NCBI GenBank assembly: GCA_009692845.1
Contig: SHYK01000007.1
Span: 6,631-70,630, forward strand
DNA: 64,000 nt
Direction: 5' to 3'
Origin: Chloroflexota bacterium
Lineage (GTDB): Bacteria > Chloroflexota > UBA6077 > SHYK01
In this document: in pieces, positions 37,715 to 47,857 of the stretch
Layout: every line of letters begins with the position of its first letter
How positions within the stretch are numbered: the first letter of the stretch is position 1
Made by a program: the position numbers and the translations under genes
Notes under the pieces: generated by a model
Seen by the model: only the letters and a program-made list of their open reading frames with translations
What the model was told of the DNA's origin: nothing
The model's database searches: none

Positions 37715-38645
37715 GATCCTGCTCAAGGCGCGGCCTACTCCAACTCAGCTGGAAAATCGCTTCGCTCCGCCCTGGCCCGACGGACTCGAGCTTTATCTCG
37801 ACCGCGCCGACGTCGTCACTCCCGAAGAATGCCGAGCCGTTATCGATCGGATCAGGGAGCACGAACTGCCGGATGGCTTCAAATTCGTGGTCGAGGGGCC
37901 GATCCGCTCGCTCGACAACGAGTACGTCGACATCACCGCTTGCACCGAAGCCACCCGAGAGCTGATTCGCCGACTGGGCGCTATGGCCGCTGAGCTCGGC
38001 GCCGAAGGGGTAGTGATGCACTGCATCGTCCCCCGGTTTACCTTGACCGACGAGGATTGGGCGAATCGCGAGCGCCACCTGGAGTCTTGCTTGGAGTTCG
38101 CCCAGTTCTACGCCGACACCTTGCTCCCGCTTGGGGTCGTCCCCACCCTGGAGAATGTGCCGCCGGTCCTCCGCATGCGCGAAGGGCGCTACCTTTTTAC
38201 GCCGGTGGGAATGGCTCCGGAGGATCTGCGCTGGTTCTTGGACCGAGTACCTGGCCTCCAGACCACCCTGGACGTTTCACATGGGCAACTTTATGTCAAT
38301 GCATGGGAGATGGCCCAGCGAGGGGAAGGGGACGAAGCCGTCCAGCCGCTCATGCACCACCTCCGCCATTTCGCCCCAATCCAATCGGTTGAAGGGTTTA
38401 TCGATCTCAATGGCCCCCAAATCTTCGAGGCGCACGTATCGAATGCGTCCGGACTGCTGGGCGAGGGCGCCCGCTATTCCGACGGGGACATCGACATGCA
38501 GCGGGTGATCGGACGCCTGGCCCGAACCGCCCGGTTCCTAGTCACCGAGACCCTGGAACCCGACAACGACGTGGCCGAATACATGCGCGAGGCTCAGGAG
38601 GGAATGGCGTCGGTGCTCGAATCCCTGAGCGAAACCGAGGAATGA
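37686..38645 (+). CDS. Sugar phosphate isomerase/epimerase (xylose-isomerase-like TIM barrel)
   Basis: GLELYLD...VVEGPIRS...VVMHCI...TLENVPP...LDVSHGQL...VTETLEP suggests an AP-endonuclease-2/TIM-barrel layout. The assignment is tentative. Confidence 0.5.
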   Translation: MSTGSAPLAKILLKARPTPTQLENRFAPPWPDGLELYLDRADVVTPEECRAVIDRIREHELPDGFKFVVEGPIRSLDNEYVDITACTEATRELIRRLGAMAAELGAEGVVMHCIVPRFTLTDEDWANRERHLESCLEFAQFYADTLLPLGVVPTLENVPPVLRMREGRYLFTPVGMAPEDLRWFLDRVPGLQTTLDVSHGQLYVNAWEMAQRGEGDEAVQPLMHHLRHFAPIQSVEGFIDLNGPQIFEAHVSNASGLLGEGARYSDGDIDMQRVIGRLARTARFLVTETLEPDNDVAEYMREAQEGMASVLESLSETEE

Positions 38646-39718
38646 GCTTCGAAGCTTCCTTTTTTGACTGGGCCGACGTCACTCAGATACTGGCCCGCCC
38701 GCTGCGATCCATCCCGACCCATGCGGGCATCGAGAGCCTAACCGGGGCTAGGGTTCTCGTCACTGGTGCCGGCGGCTCGGTAGGGAATGCCCTGGTCGCG
38801 CGCCTGGCCGCGCTGCCGGTCCAATCCATCATCGCCCTCGACCATCATGAGGCCTCGCTGTTCCGTCTGGGACGCGATTTTCCCGGTGCCCCGCTCGACT
38901 TGGTCCTCGCCGATATCCGCAACCAAGACAAGGTGCACCGAGTGCTGGCCGAGAACCGGCCCCGGGTTGTCTTCCACCTGGCCGCCTACAAGCACGTGCC
39001 CCTCGGCGAAGCGGGAGTTGATGAGCTGGTGGGCGTAAATGTGTTTGGAACTGAGAATGTCGCCCGGGCCGCCGCCGAGACGGGGGTCGAGCACTTTCTC
39101 TACCCGTCCAGCGATAAAGCGGTGAATCCTCCGAGCGCTTACGGGGCGACCAAGCGCATCGCGGAAACACTTCTCCTGGCCTTGGATGACGAGACGCCGT
39201 CCATGGCCATTCACATCGCCCGCTTCGTCAATATCCTGGGCAGCGCCGGCAGCGCCTCCGAAACCTTTGCGCGTCAGGCCAGCACTGGTGCCCCACTCAC
39301 GCTGACCGATCCCCTGATGACCCGCTATTGGATGGCCATGGATGAAGCAATCGACCTGCTCATCCACGGTTTGGGGCTCCCGGGGGGTTCATTGACCACC
39401 CTCGACACCGGTGAGCCAATTCCGGCCCAGACGGTAGCTGAGCGAATCTACCAGATGGCTTCCCACTCAGACACCATGCCTCGATTTGCCGTGACCGGCG
39501 CACGGCCTGGCGAGCGATTGTTCGAAGAGCTCGCGAGCGTCAGCGAGGCCATCGAGCGAATCGGCGAAGACCCCGTGTGGCGCATCGCCGGCGAGGAGGG
39601 TGTCGAGCGGCCAGGCGCCCGCGCGGCCGGACTGACCGAGCTCCGTCGCTTGTTCGACTGCGGGGACCAACATAGCTTGCACCAGCGAATGATGGAGCTG
39701 GCGCACCAGCTCCAGTAG
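38642..39718 (+). CDS. Polysaccharide biosynthesis protein, CapD/PseB-like 4,6-dehydratase
   Basis: RVLVTGAGGSVGNAL...FHLAAYKHVPLGE...YPSSDKAVNPPSAYGATKRIAE. Confidence 0.8.
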   Translation: MSFEASFFDWADVTQILARPLRSIPTHAGIESLTGARVLVTGAGGSVGNALVARLAALPVQSIIALDHHEASLFRLGRDFPGAPLDLVLADIRNQDKVHRVLAENRPRVVFHLAAYKHVPLGEAGVDELVGVNVFGTENVARAAAETGVEHFLYPSSDKAVNPPSAYGATKRIAETLLLALDDETPSMAIHIARFVNILGSAGSASETFARQASTGAPLTLTDPLMTRYWMAMDEAIDLLIHGLGLPGGSLTTLDTGEPIPAQTVAERIYQMASHSDTMPRFAVTGARPGERLFEELASVSEAIERIGEDPVWRIAGEEGVERPGARAAGLTELRRLFDCGDQHSLHQRMMELAHQLQ

Positions 39719-39724
39719 GCACCG

Positions 39725-40813
39725 GTGAGCCTGGAAACCTGGTATGCCCTCGTCGTGATGCTGGCTGCCCTGGCTGCCATCCCCGCGGTGGTGGGCATGG
39801 AGCGAGTCGGCTGGGCCCTCGGCCTGGTCGATCGACCCCGACCCGGCGAAGTCCAGCATCGGCCTCTCGCCCGAACCGGCGGTTATGGCGTCTTCATTGC
39901 TTTTTGGGCCGCCATCGGCGCCAGTTTTCTCCTCGCGCCTTCCAACCTCGAGCGGTTGCCGGCTGACAATTGGCGGCTGCTGGGACTGCTGCTTGGGTCG
40001 CTCGTCATCATCCCGTTGGCACTGCTTGATGACTTCAAACGCCTCGGTCCGGCCCCTCAGATCGTCGGCCATTTCGTCATCGCCACGATTCCGGTGCTCT
40101 TCGGCCTGAGGGTCGAAGAGCTAGCCACCCCATTCGGGATTCTTGCGATCCCGGCTCCGCTGGCCGGGCCGCTTGCTGCCCTCTGGATCGTCGGAATGAT
40201 CAATGCGATCAACTTCATCGACACCATGGATGGCTTGGCATCTGGCGTCGGCGTTATCGCCGCTGGAGTGCTCTTCTTACGAAGCGCCTGGTTCGGACAG
40301 GCCTCGATCGCTGTGCTACCCCTCGCCCTGGCCGGCGCATGCGCTGGCTTCCTGACCCGCAACTGGCCCCCGGCCCGAGTGATCCTCGGGTCATCCGGGT
40401 CCCTGTTCCTCGGCTATGTGCTTGGAGCAACCGCGGTAATCGGGGGTGCGAAGATCGGTACTGCCTTTCTAGTGCTCGCGGTCCCGATCCTCGATGTCGC
40501 TTGGGTCGTTTATCGACGAGTCGCAGAGCACCGGTCCCCATTTCGAGGCGGTGATTCCGCCCACCTCGCGCATCGCTTGCGCCTGCTCGGATTCGCCGAT
40601 TCGACCATCGCCCTCACCCTTTACGCCATCACCGCTGCGGTGGGTGCGGCAATTCTGCTTTCCCACACACCGCTTCCCACCCTGGGCAAGCTCTACCTGG
40701 CCGCCGCCGTCATTGCCGCAGTGTCGGCCCTGCTGATCGGCGTCAACCGCGCCGCATCCGCGCGCCTCCGCAAGCAGCAAACCGAGCCCTCAGTCCCAGA
40801 CCCCGTGGACTAG
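39725..40813 (+). CDS. Glycosyltransferase family 4 (WecA/TagO/MraY-like polyprenyl-phosphate sugar-1-phosphate transferase)
   Basis: LLDDFKRLGP...GMINAINFIDTMDGLASG, with multiple TM segments. Confidence 0.85.
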   Translation: MSLETWYALVVMLAALAAIPAVVGMERVGWALGLVDRPRPGEVQHRPLARTGGYGVFIAFWAAIGASFLLAPSNLERLPADNWRLLGLLLGSLVIIPLALLDDFKRLGPAPQIVGHFVIATIPVLFGLRVEELATPFGILAIPAPLAGPLAALWIVGMINAINFIDTMDGLASGVGVIAAGVLFLRSAWFGQASIAVLPLALAGACAGFLTRNWPPARVILGSSGSLFLGYVLGATAVIGGAKIGTAFLVLAVPILDVAWVVYRRVAEHRSPFRGGDSAHLAHRLRLLGFADSTIALTLYAITAAVGAAILLSHTPLPTLGKLYLAAAVIAAVSALLIGVNRAASARLRKQQTEPSVPDPVD

Positions 40814-40970
40814 CTATCCCAGCCCGGTGGGCACTCGGCTCTAGATCGGCCTTCGACCGGCTAGGATGGAAATTGGCCCTCACCCCTCTCCCATGGCGAT
40901 GGGCGAAGGAAAACGTCTCGCCTGGCTGCCGTAGCGGGAGAGGCCGGCCAAGGTCGGGTGAGGGAGGCGC

Positions 40971-41030
40971 GCCCACCCCGGGGGTTCGGGGGCCGAAGCC
41001 CCGGGGTGGGCGCGGGTGGGCGGGCCTCCC
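40971..41030. repeat. REP-like family B element / stem-loop abutting the rny stop codon
   Basis: gcccaccccgg-GGGTTCGGGGGCCGAAGCCCC-ggggtgggc is a nested perfect hairpin. It is followed by gggtgggcgggcctccctct, which runs into the TAA of rny (41036-41038). Confidence 0.75.
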
Positions 41031-41035
41031 TCTAA

Positions 41036-42571
41036 TTAGTGAGCGATATCGAAGGCCCGAGTTTCGCGCACCACCGTCACCCGAACTTGACCCGGGTACT
41101 GGAGCGTTTCCTCGATCTTCTTAGCCAAGTCCCGAGCCAGGCGAATCGAGCCAAGGTCGTCCACTTCTTCCGGCTGCACGATGACTCGAATCTCTCGGCC
41201 GGCCTGGATGGCGAAGCTGCGCTCGACGCCTTCAAAAGAATTCGCGGTTTGCTCCAGGGCTTCGAGTCGGTGGATGTAATGCTCGACCGACTCGTGTCGG
41301 GCGCCCGGTCGCGCTCCTGAAATTGCGTCGGATACTTGGACGATGACCGCCTCCGCCGAAACGGTTTCAGGATCGTTGTCATGATGCTCGGCGATGGCGT
41401 CCGCAACCTTCGGAGATTCTCCGAACTGGCGTACGAAATCAGCGGCGATGATGTGGTGAGGTCCCTCGACTTCCTGACCCATCACCTTCCCGATGTCATG
41501 GAGGAGCGCACCCCGAGCGCTAATTTCCGGGTCGGCCCCGAGCTCGTGGGCCAGCATCCGTGCGATGTGGGACGCTTCCACCGAGTGCCGTAGTTGATTC
41601 TGGCCATAGCTGGTCCGGTACTTCATACGGCCGAGGATCTTCATGATTTCTGGATGCAGACCGGCGACGCCTGCTTCCAAAGCGGCTTCTTCGCCCGACT
41701 TCATTATTCCTTCTTCGACTTCGATCTGGGCTTTGGCAACGACTTCCTCGACCCGAGTCGGATGGATACGTCCATCTTGAACCAGCTTGGTGAGCGCTAT
41801 TCGTGCCACTTCGCGTCGTATCGGGTCAAAGCCAGACAGCATGACCGCATCAGGGGTCTCGTCGACGATGATATCGACACCAGTTGCGGCTTCGAGGGCC
41901 CGGATATTTCGACCCTCCCGCCCGATGATGCGTCCCTTCATTTCCTCATTCGGGATCGGCACAGTTGTAACCGTCGTTTCACTGACCAGATCGCCGGCCA
42001 ACCGCTGAACGCAGAGAGTCACCACCCGCCGCGCCTCTTCGTCCGCGTTTAGCCGGGCCTGGGCGAGAATGTGACGGGCGCGGCGCGCGGATTCATCGCG
42101 CATCTCCACATCGATGCGCCCCAGGATGATCCCTCGGGCCTCCTCACGGCTGAGAGAAGAGACCCGTTCCAATTCTCGGGCTTGCTCGGCGTGCAGCTCA
42201 TCGATTTCTTTCGCGTGCACCTCGACCTGTTGCTCGCGACCGGTCAGCCGACGGTCCCGCTGCTCTAGGGTCTCGGTCTTACGATCGAGCGATTCTTCTT
42301 TCTGGCGCAACCGATTTTGATCGATTTTCAGCTCGTTTCGCTGCTGGCGGGCGTCCTGTTCGGCCCCCGAGCGGATCTTTACCGCTTCTTCTTTCGCTTC
42401 GAGGAGCAATTCCTTCTGCCGTGCCTCGGCGTCGTTAACAACCTCAGCGGCTCGAGTTTCGGCCGAAGCTAGTCGGCCGAAAACCCCCCTTCGGCTAAGC
42501 TGCTGCCCAGCGAAGATTCCAATTCCCCCCGCTGCTAAACCAACCAGGATCGTAATTACAGTCTCTAACAA
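41036..42571 (-). CDS. rny: Ribonuclease Y
   Basis: It has an N-terminal TM segment, a coiled-coil, a KH domain (GRIIGREGRNIRALE) and an HD domain (HSVEASHIARMLA...LLHDIGK). Confidence 0.95.
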   Translation of the reverse strand: MLETVITILVGLAAGGIGIFAGQQLSRRGVFGRLASAETRAAEVVNDAEARQKELLLEAKEEAVKIRSGAEQDARQQRNELKIDQNRLRQKEESLDRKTETLEQRDRRLTGREQQVEVHAKEIDELHAEQARELERVSSLSREEARGIILGRIDVEMRDESARRARHILAQARLNADEEARRVVTLCVQRLAGDLVSETTVTTVPIPNEEMKGRIIGREGRNIRALEAATGVDIIVDETPDAVMLSGFDPIRREVARIALTKLVQDGRIHPTRVEEVVAKAQIEVEEGIMKSGEEAALEAGVAGLHPEIMKILGRMKYRTSYGQNQLRHSVEASHIARMLAHELGADPEISARGALLHDIGKVMGQEVEGPHHIIAADFVRQFGESPKVADAIAEHHDNDPETVSAEAVIVQVSDAISGARPGARHESVEHYIHRLEALEQTANSFEGVERSFAIQAGREIRVIVQPEEVDDLGSIRLARDLAKKIEETLQYPGQVRVTVVRETRAFDIAH

Positions 42572-42756
42572 TCCAATTTCTCCTTCCGAATGGAACCGAA
42601 AATTCTGTCCGAACGGATATCAAGTAACCTCTTATTTTTCTAAAAGCCCAAGCTATCATAGGGATAGGGTCAGAGAGCCGTCAACCGCCCGTCTGTGCCG
42701 AAATGACCAAAAAAGGCGGGCCCAGCCATAAGTTTAAAGAGCGCAGCACGGCGACA

Positions 42757-42960
42757 GGGGTTTGGGGGGCCGTCGGCTGCCTCCGGGTTAGGTGGCCGTA
42801 GACGTACCAGGGGTTCGGGGGCCGTAGGGCCCCATCAGGACTCCGTAACCGCCCTATTATTATTGATTTCAGTGGACGGAGGCTCGCTCCCTGCTCCAAG
42901 GCAGTAGGACCGCGGGGGGTTCGGGGGCCGCAGCCCCCGACTTAAATGGGCGGGCGGGCC
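42757..42960. repeat. Cluster of three REP-like family B copies upstream of rny / downstream of purH
   Basis: The copies are ggggtttggggggccgtcggc (42757), ggggttcgggggccgtagggcccc (42810-42833) and ggggttcgggggccgcagccccc (42916-42938). The last is followed by gggcgggcgggccttcctcttcc, which runs into the purH stop. Confidence 0.75.
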
Positions 42961-42969
42961 TTCCTCTTC

Positions 42970-44520
42970 CTAATGTCGATAGTGGCGTTGGTGGGTAAAG
43001 ATCATCGCCATGTGCGCATGGTTGGCCACTTCGATTACGTGCTCGTCCCGACTCGATCCACCCGGCTGGATAATCGCCGTCACCCCCGCCTCGGCAGCCC
43101 GCTCGACCGCATCCGGGAACAGTAGAAAGGCGTCCGACGCGAGGACTGATCCGACTGCCCGCTCTCCGGCTTTGTGACAGGCAAGCTCCACACTATCCGC
43201 CCGGCTCATCTGGCCCGCGCCAACCCCGACCAGGGCGAGCTTCTTAGCCAGGACAGTTGCATGCGAGCGAACGTGCTTTACCGCCCGCCAAGCGAACAGC
43301 AAGCTCGTCACCTCTTCCAAGGTCGGGTGTCGAGTCGTCACCACGACCCGGGCCAGTGCGCCCTCCGGAACCGTGTCGCGGGTTTCGACCAGGAAGCCCC
43401 CCGAAACCCGCTGATAGTCGAGATCCAGAAATTGACCCGAGCTGGATTTGCCGTTGCCGCTGACTGGAGCCTTCAGCACCCGCAGATCGGCTTTTTGGCG
43501 AAGCAGATCGAGAGCCTCGGGAGCATAGTCCGGGGCAATGATGTCCTCAAAAAACACGGGCGCAATCTCTTCAGCAGCTGCCCTATCCACCATACGATTG
43601 AACGCGACGGCCCCACCAAGTGCGGCCTGCGGATCGCAATCCAGCGCCCTCCGGAAAGCTTCGGCCAGATTCGAGTCGCAGGCCAGGCCGCATGGATTGC
43701 CGTGGTTCACCACCGCCACCGTCGGCGCGTTGAAGTCGCGGACCGCTGTCCAGGCGACGTCCAGATCGAAAGTGTTGTTGTAGGCGGGGGCCATTCCGTG
43801 CAGCTGCTCCGCTTCAGCGATTCCCTCGGCGAGCTGGCGGGCCGAGAGATCTCGATAGAAGGCAGCCAATTGATGTGGGTTTTCTCCATATCGGAAGCTC
43901 GTGATTTTTTCCAAGGCCACAGTCATCGTTTTCGGAAACAGCTCATCGGATGCTCCCAAGTAGCTCGCGATGCAGCTGTCGTACACCGCGCAATGCTGGA
44001 AAGCCTTGGCGGCGAGCCGTTGGCGAGTGTCTTCGCGGACGCCGCCTGGTCTGCGGAGCCCGTCCATGACTTCCGGATAATCGGCCGGATCGCAGACCGC
44101 CAGCACGTGCTGGAAGTTTTTGGCGGCAGCCCGTAGTAGCGTGACGCCGCCAATATCGATGAGCTCGACCGCCTGCTCCATTGTCGCCGACGGATCCCGC
44201 ACGCCTTCGACGAACGGATAAAGATTGCACACAACCAGGTCGATCGGCGTGAATCCGTGCTGATCGAGCTCGCTGATGTCTTTAAGATCGCCTCTTCGGG
44301 CGAGAATGCCGGCGTGGATGGCGGGATGCAGCGTCTTGACCCGTCCGCCGAGCATTTCAGGGAAGCCCGTCACATCCTGGACCGGGCGCACGGCGAGGCC
44401 GGCACTTCGCAGAAATTCTTCCGTCCCGCCGGTGGATATGAGCTCCACGCCCATCTCCAGCAAATAACGGGCCAGCTCTTCCAATCCAGTCTTATCGTAG
44501 ACGCTCATAAGAGCGCGCAT
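42970..44520 (-). CDS. purH: Bifunctional AICAR transformylase / IMP cyclohydrolase
   Basis: MRALMSVYDKTGLEELARYL...ELISTGGT is the MGS-like IMPCH domain. RYGENPHQ and the AICARFT domain are also present. Confidence 0.95.
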   Translation of the reverse strand: MRALMSVYDKTGLEELARYLLEMGVELISTGGTEEFLRSAGLAVRPVQDVTGFPEMLGGRVKTLHPAIHAGILARRGDLKDISELDQHGFTPIDLVVCNLYPFVEGVRDPSATMEQAVELIDIGGVTLLRAAAKNFQHVLAVCDPADYPEVMDGLRRPGGVREDTRQRLAAKAFQHCAVYDSCIASYLGASDELFPKTMTVALEKITSFRYGENPHQLAAFYRDLSARQLAEGIAEAEQLHGMAPAYNNTFDLDVAWTAVRDFNAPTVAVVNHGNPCGLACDSNLAEAFRRALDCDPQAALGGAVAFNRMVDRAAAEEIAPVFFEDIIAPDYAPEALDLLRQKADLRVLKAPVSGNGKSSSGQFLDLDYQRVSGGFLVETRDTVPEGALARVVVTTRHPTLEEVTSLLFAWRAVKHVRSHATVLAKKLALVGVGAGQMSRADSVELACHKAGERAVGSVLASDAFLLFPDAVERAAEAGVTAIIQPGGSSRDEHVIEVANHAHMAMIFTHQRHYRH

Positions 44521-44598
44521 AGGCCTATTTACCTCTCTTTTTTAGGCGGATCTGGGCAGCATCTGATCCATCTACCGCTACTGTACACGAGCGGCGGG

Positions 44599-45768
44599 TC
44601 AATGGTGGAAGAGCCGTACTCCAGACAAGATCATGACCATTTCATAGGCATCCGCCGCCACAACCAGGTCTTCATCCCGCAGGGCGCCGCCCGCCTGCAG
44701 CACGTACCGCACTCCACTCCGGGCGGCCCTATCAATACTGTCCCGGAACGGAAAGAATGCATCGGAGCTCAACGCAACCTCGCCCAGTCGGTCTAGCCAG
44801 TCTCGTTTCACGGTCGGTTCCGGGGGCGAGGACGGATAGGCCAGCGCAGCGGCGAGAGTCTCATCTTCGAAGGATGTCCGGGCATCTGAGAGGTACAGGT
44901 CGATCGCATTGTCACGGTCAGACCGACTGGTTCCGCGCTGGAACTTCAGGCTCCGAACCTGGGGATGCTGGCGGAGCCACCAGAGATCCGCTTTCCCCGA
45001 AGCGAGCCGAGTGCAGTGGATACGCGATTGCTGACCAGCCCCGAGTCCGATCACTTGTCCATCGTAAGCGAGGCACACCGAGTTCGATTGCGTGTACTTG
45101 CAGGCGATAGTTGCCACCAGGAGGTCGCGTTGGGCTGAGGCAGGCAGATCGCGGCGCGCCGTCACGACATTTTCAAACAGACTCGGCGAGGCGATCAGAT
45201 CATTCCGCCGCTGCTCGAAAGCAACCCCAAACACCTGGCGCGTCTCCATAATCGGCGGCTCATAGCTTGGATCGATCTGCAGGACGACGTAGCCCCCGTT
45301 TTTCTTTCGGCTCAGGATCGAGAGCGCCTCATCCTCGTAACCAGGCGCGATCACGACGTCCGAAACCTCGCGGCGCAACAACTCGGCGGTCGGGACGTCG
45401 ACCACATCGCTGAGCGCGACGCAGTCACCGTAGGATGAAACCCGGTCGGCTCCCCGAGCACGCGCATAAGCGGCGGCCAGCGGAGAAAGATCGGAATCGG
45501 CCGTAAAGTAGGCATCCCGAAGTGCATCGGAGAGCGGCAATCCGATCGCGGCTCCGGCCGGACTCACATGCTTGAAGGAGGCGGCGGCGGGCCACCCGAG
45601 AGCACCTTTTAGCTCCCGCACCAACTGCCACGCGTTCAGGGCATCCAGGAGATTGATGTACCCGGGCGCGCCGTTACGCACGGTGATCGGCAGATTGCCG
45701 CCGTCCATGTAGACGCGGGCCGGTTTCTGATGGGGGTTCATCCCATAGCGGAGCCCAAGCTCAGCCAC
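44599..45768 (-). CDS. PurH-like AICAR-transformylase-domain protein without the IMP cyclohydrolase domain
   Basis: [17 protein letters not shown]...[13 protein letters not shown]...[10 protein letters not shown]. The start is uncertain: the GTG at 45768 overlaps the purN stop, and ATG 45741 is an alternative. Confidence 0.7.
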   Translation of the reverse strand: MAELGLRYGMNPHQKPARVYMDGGNLPITVRNGAPGYINLLDALNAWQLVRELKGALGWPAAASFKHVSPAGAAIGLPLSDALRDAYFTADSDLSPLAAAYARARGADRVSSYGDCVALSDVVDVPTAELLRREVSDVVIAPGYEDEALSILSRKKNGGYVVLQIDPSYEPPIMETRQVFGVAFEQRRNDLIASPSLFENVVTARRDLPASAQRDLLVATIACKYTQSNSVCLAYDGQVIGLGAGQQSRIHCTRLASGKADLWWLRQHPQVRSLKFQRGTSRSDRDNAIDLYLSDARTSFEDETLAAALAYPSSPPEPTVKRDWLDRLGEVALSSDAFFPFRDSIDRAARSGVRYVLQAGGALRDEDLVVAADAYEMVMILSGVRLFHH

Positions 45769-46447
45769 GATCTTGTCCTTTGCCCGGAGCCTGCTCTTCG
45801 AGAGCCTCAGGGCGAACGGGCTGGGGGGGCAGGATGCGAACCCGGCGACCTTCGATCTGGAGGCGATCCTCCGCGAAGAGCTGAATGGCGGCCGGGAGCA
45901 GACGATGCTCCACCTCATGAATCCGCGTCATGAGCGACTCCTCGGTATCGCCTTCCTCGATCGGCAAGGCTTCTTGAAGAATGATTGGCCCCGCATCTAG
46001 GTCATCGGTGGAGAAATGAACGGTGACTCCAGTCACTTTCGCTCCCCAATCCAGGGCATCGCGCGCGGCATGCAGCCCGCCCCCGAATGCGGGAAGGAGT
46101 GAAGGATGAATATTGAATCTCGGGCCATCAAATCGTTCCTGAAAGGCTCCCCGCAGAATTTGATCCAAGCCGGGCGTCACCGCGAGCTCAACCTCGTGCT
46201 CGACGAGGGCGTCCGCCATCGCTGCTTGTTGCGCGGCCCTACTCGGATAGTCAGCCCGGGCAAACACCAGAGTTGGTACACCATGGTCTCTGCCGAATTG
46301 GATCCCTGGCGCTGCAGGACGATTGGTGATCGCCACCCTCACCTCAGCGTCGATGGCTCGTCGTTCGCAGGCATCCAGGATGGCCTTCAAGTTGGTCCCC
46401 GCTCCAGAGAAAAGCACTCCCAGCCGGAGCGGGGCGGAGCGGGTCAC
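45761..46447 (-). CDS. purN: Phosphoribosylglycinamide formyltransferase
   Basis: [20 protein letters not shown]...[17 protein letters not shown]. The GTG start overlaps the purF TGA (GTGA at 46447-46444). Confidence 0.9.
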   Translation of the reverse strand: MTRSAPLRLGVLFSGAGTNLKAILDACERRAIDAEVRVAITNRPAAPGIQFGRDHGVPTLVFARADYPSRAAQQAAMADALVEHEVELAVTPGLDQILRGAFQERFDGPRFNIHPSLLPAFGGGLHAARDALDWGAKVTGVTVHFSTDDLDAGPIILQEALPIEEGDTEESLMTRIHEVEHRLLPAAIQLFAEDRLQIEGRRVRILPPQPVRPEALEEQAPGKGQDRG

Positions 46448-47853
46448 CGCGCTTCGAGCACCAGCTTGTCGAGATCCAGCTGGACCTCCATGGGGTAATT
46501 GCCGGTGAAACAAGCGTCGCAGAAGGTCGACTCGGGCAAGCCAATTGCCTTCATGAGCCCATCCCGGCTGAGATAACCCAGCGTGTCGGCGCCGATATAT
46601 TCACAGATTTCGGGAACACTAAGGCTCGCTGCGATCAGCTCATGCCGACGAGCGGTATCGATTCCCAGATAGCACGGGTTCACCATGGGCGGCGCGGTGA
46701 TCCGAACGTGGACCTCCTTCGCCCCTGCCCGCCGCAGCATCGCCACCGTCTGTAGCTTGGTGGTCCCCCGGACGATGCTGTCGTCCACCATCACGACTCG
46801 CTTGCCTTTCAGCACGTCCGGAAGCGGGTTCAACTTGAGCGCCACTCCCTCTTCCCGGAGTCGCTGATCGGGCTGAATAAACGTTCGGCCGATGTAGCGA
46901 TTCTTGATGAAGCCCTCCCGATATGGCAGGCCCGAGGACCGGGCATAGCCCACCGCCGCCGGAATGCCGCCGTCCGGCACCCCGATCACCAGATCCGCAT
47001 CGATCGGCTGTTCCTTTGCCAGGCGCTCCCCCATCCGCTCGCGGGCGAGGTACACCAACGTGTCCTCAATGACGCTGTCGGGACGGGCAAAGTAGATGTA
47101 CTCGAACACGCAGAGCGCCCGCCGCGACGCCGAATCCATCGAGTACGACCGTGGTCCGTTCTCATCGATGCAAATGATCTCGCCCGGCAGAATCTCTCTC
47201 AGCAGCTCGGCCCCGATCGTATCCAGCGCGCACGACTCCGATGCCACCACCCAGGAGTTTCCGAGCCGGCCCAGACAAAGCGGGCGGATCCCGAACGGAT
47301 CCCGCACGGCGATCAGCTCGGTCGAGGTCAGCATCACCAGGCTATAAGCGCCCTTCACCACGGGGAGGGTCCTCCGAATCCGATCGATCCAGGTGGCTCC
47401 GGGCGCACTGGCAATGAGCCTGGCCATGAGCTCTGAGTCGGTGATGGATGACGTGACAACGTCCTCGCGCTTCTGGAGCTGGTCGGCCAGGAATGACGTG
47501 TTCACGAGATTCCCGTTGTGGGCGAATGCAAGAGTCCCAAGATCGCTCTCGACGCGAATTGGCTGAGCATTTTCGATGCAGCTGGATCCAGTCGTCGAAT
47601 ACCGACTGTGCCCGATCGCAATATGTCCACGGAGATTCGCCAGGTTCTCTTCGGAAAAGACTTGATTGACCAGGCCCATATCAGCAAAGAGGTGCAGCCG
47701 AGTGCCGTCGGCGGTCGCGATTCCCGCGCTCTCCTGGCCGCGATGCTGCAGCGCATATAGACCAAAGAACGTTAGCCGGGCGACGTCTTCTCCAGGGCCA
47801 TAGACCCCGAATACACCGCACGCTTCATGAAGCCCGTCGCCACCCAAAGCCAC
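46444..47853 (-). CDS. purF: Amidophosphoribosyltransferase
   Basis: ACGVFGVYG is the N-terminal nucleophile Cys. RGQESAGIA and the PRTase motif VVMVDDSIVRGTT are also present. Confidence 0.95.
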   Translation of the reverse strand: MALGGDGLHEACGVFGVYGPGEDVARLTFFGLYALQHRGQESAGIATADGTRLHLFADMGLVNQVFSEENLANLRGHIAIGHSRYSTTGSSCIENAQPIRVESDLGTLAFAHNGNLVNTSFLADQLQKREDVVTSSITDSELMARLIASAPGATWIDRIRRTLPVVKGAYSLVMLTSTELIAVRDPFGIRPLCLGRLGNSWVVASESCALDTIGAELLREILPGEIICIDENGPRSYSMDSASRRALCVFEYIYFARPDSVIEDTLVYLARERMGERLAKEQPIDADLVIGVPDGGIPAAVGYARSSGLPYREGFIKNRYIGRTFIQPDQRLREEGVALKLNPLPDVLKGKRVVMVDDSIVRGTTKLQTVAMLRRAGAKEVHVRITAPPMVNPCYLGIDTARRHELIAASLSVPEICEYIGADTLGYLSRDGLMKAIGLPESTFCDACFTGNYPMEVQLDLDKLVLEAR

Positions 47854-47857
47854 GCGG

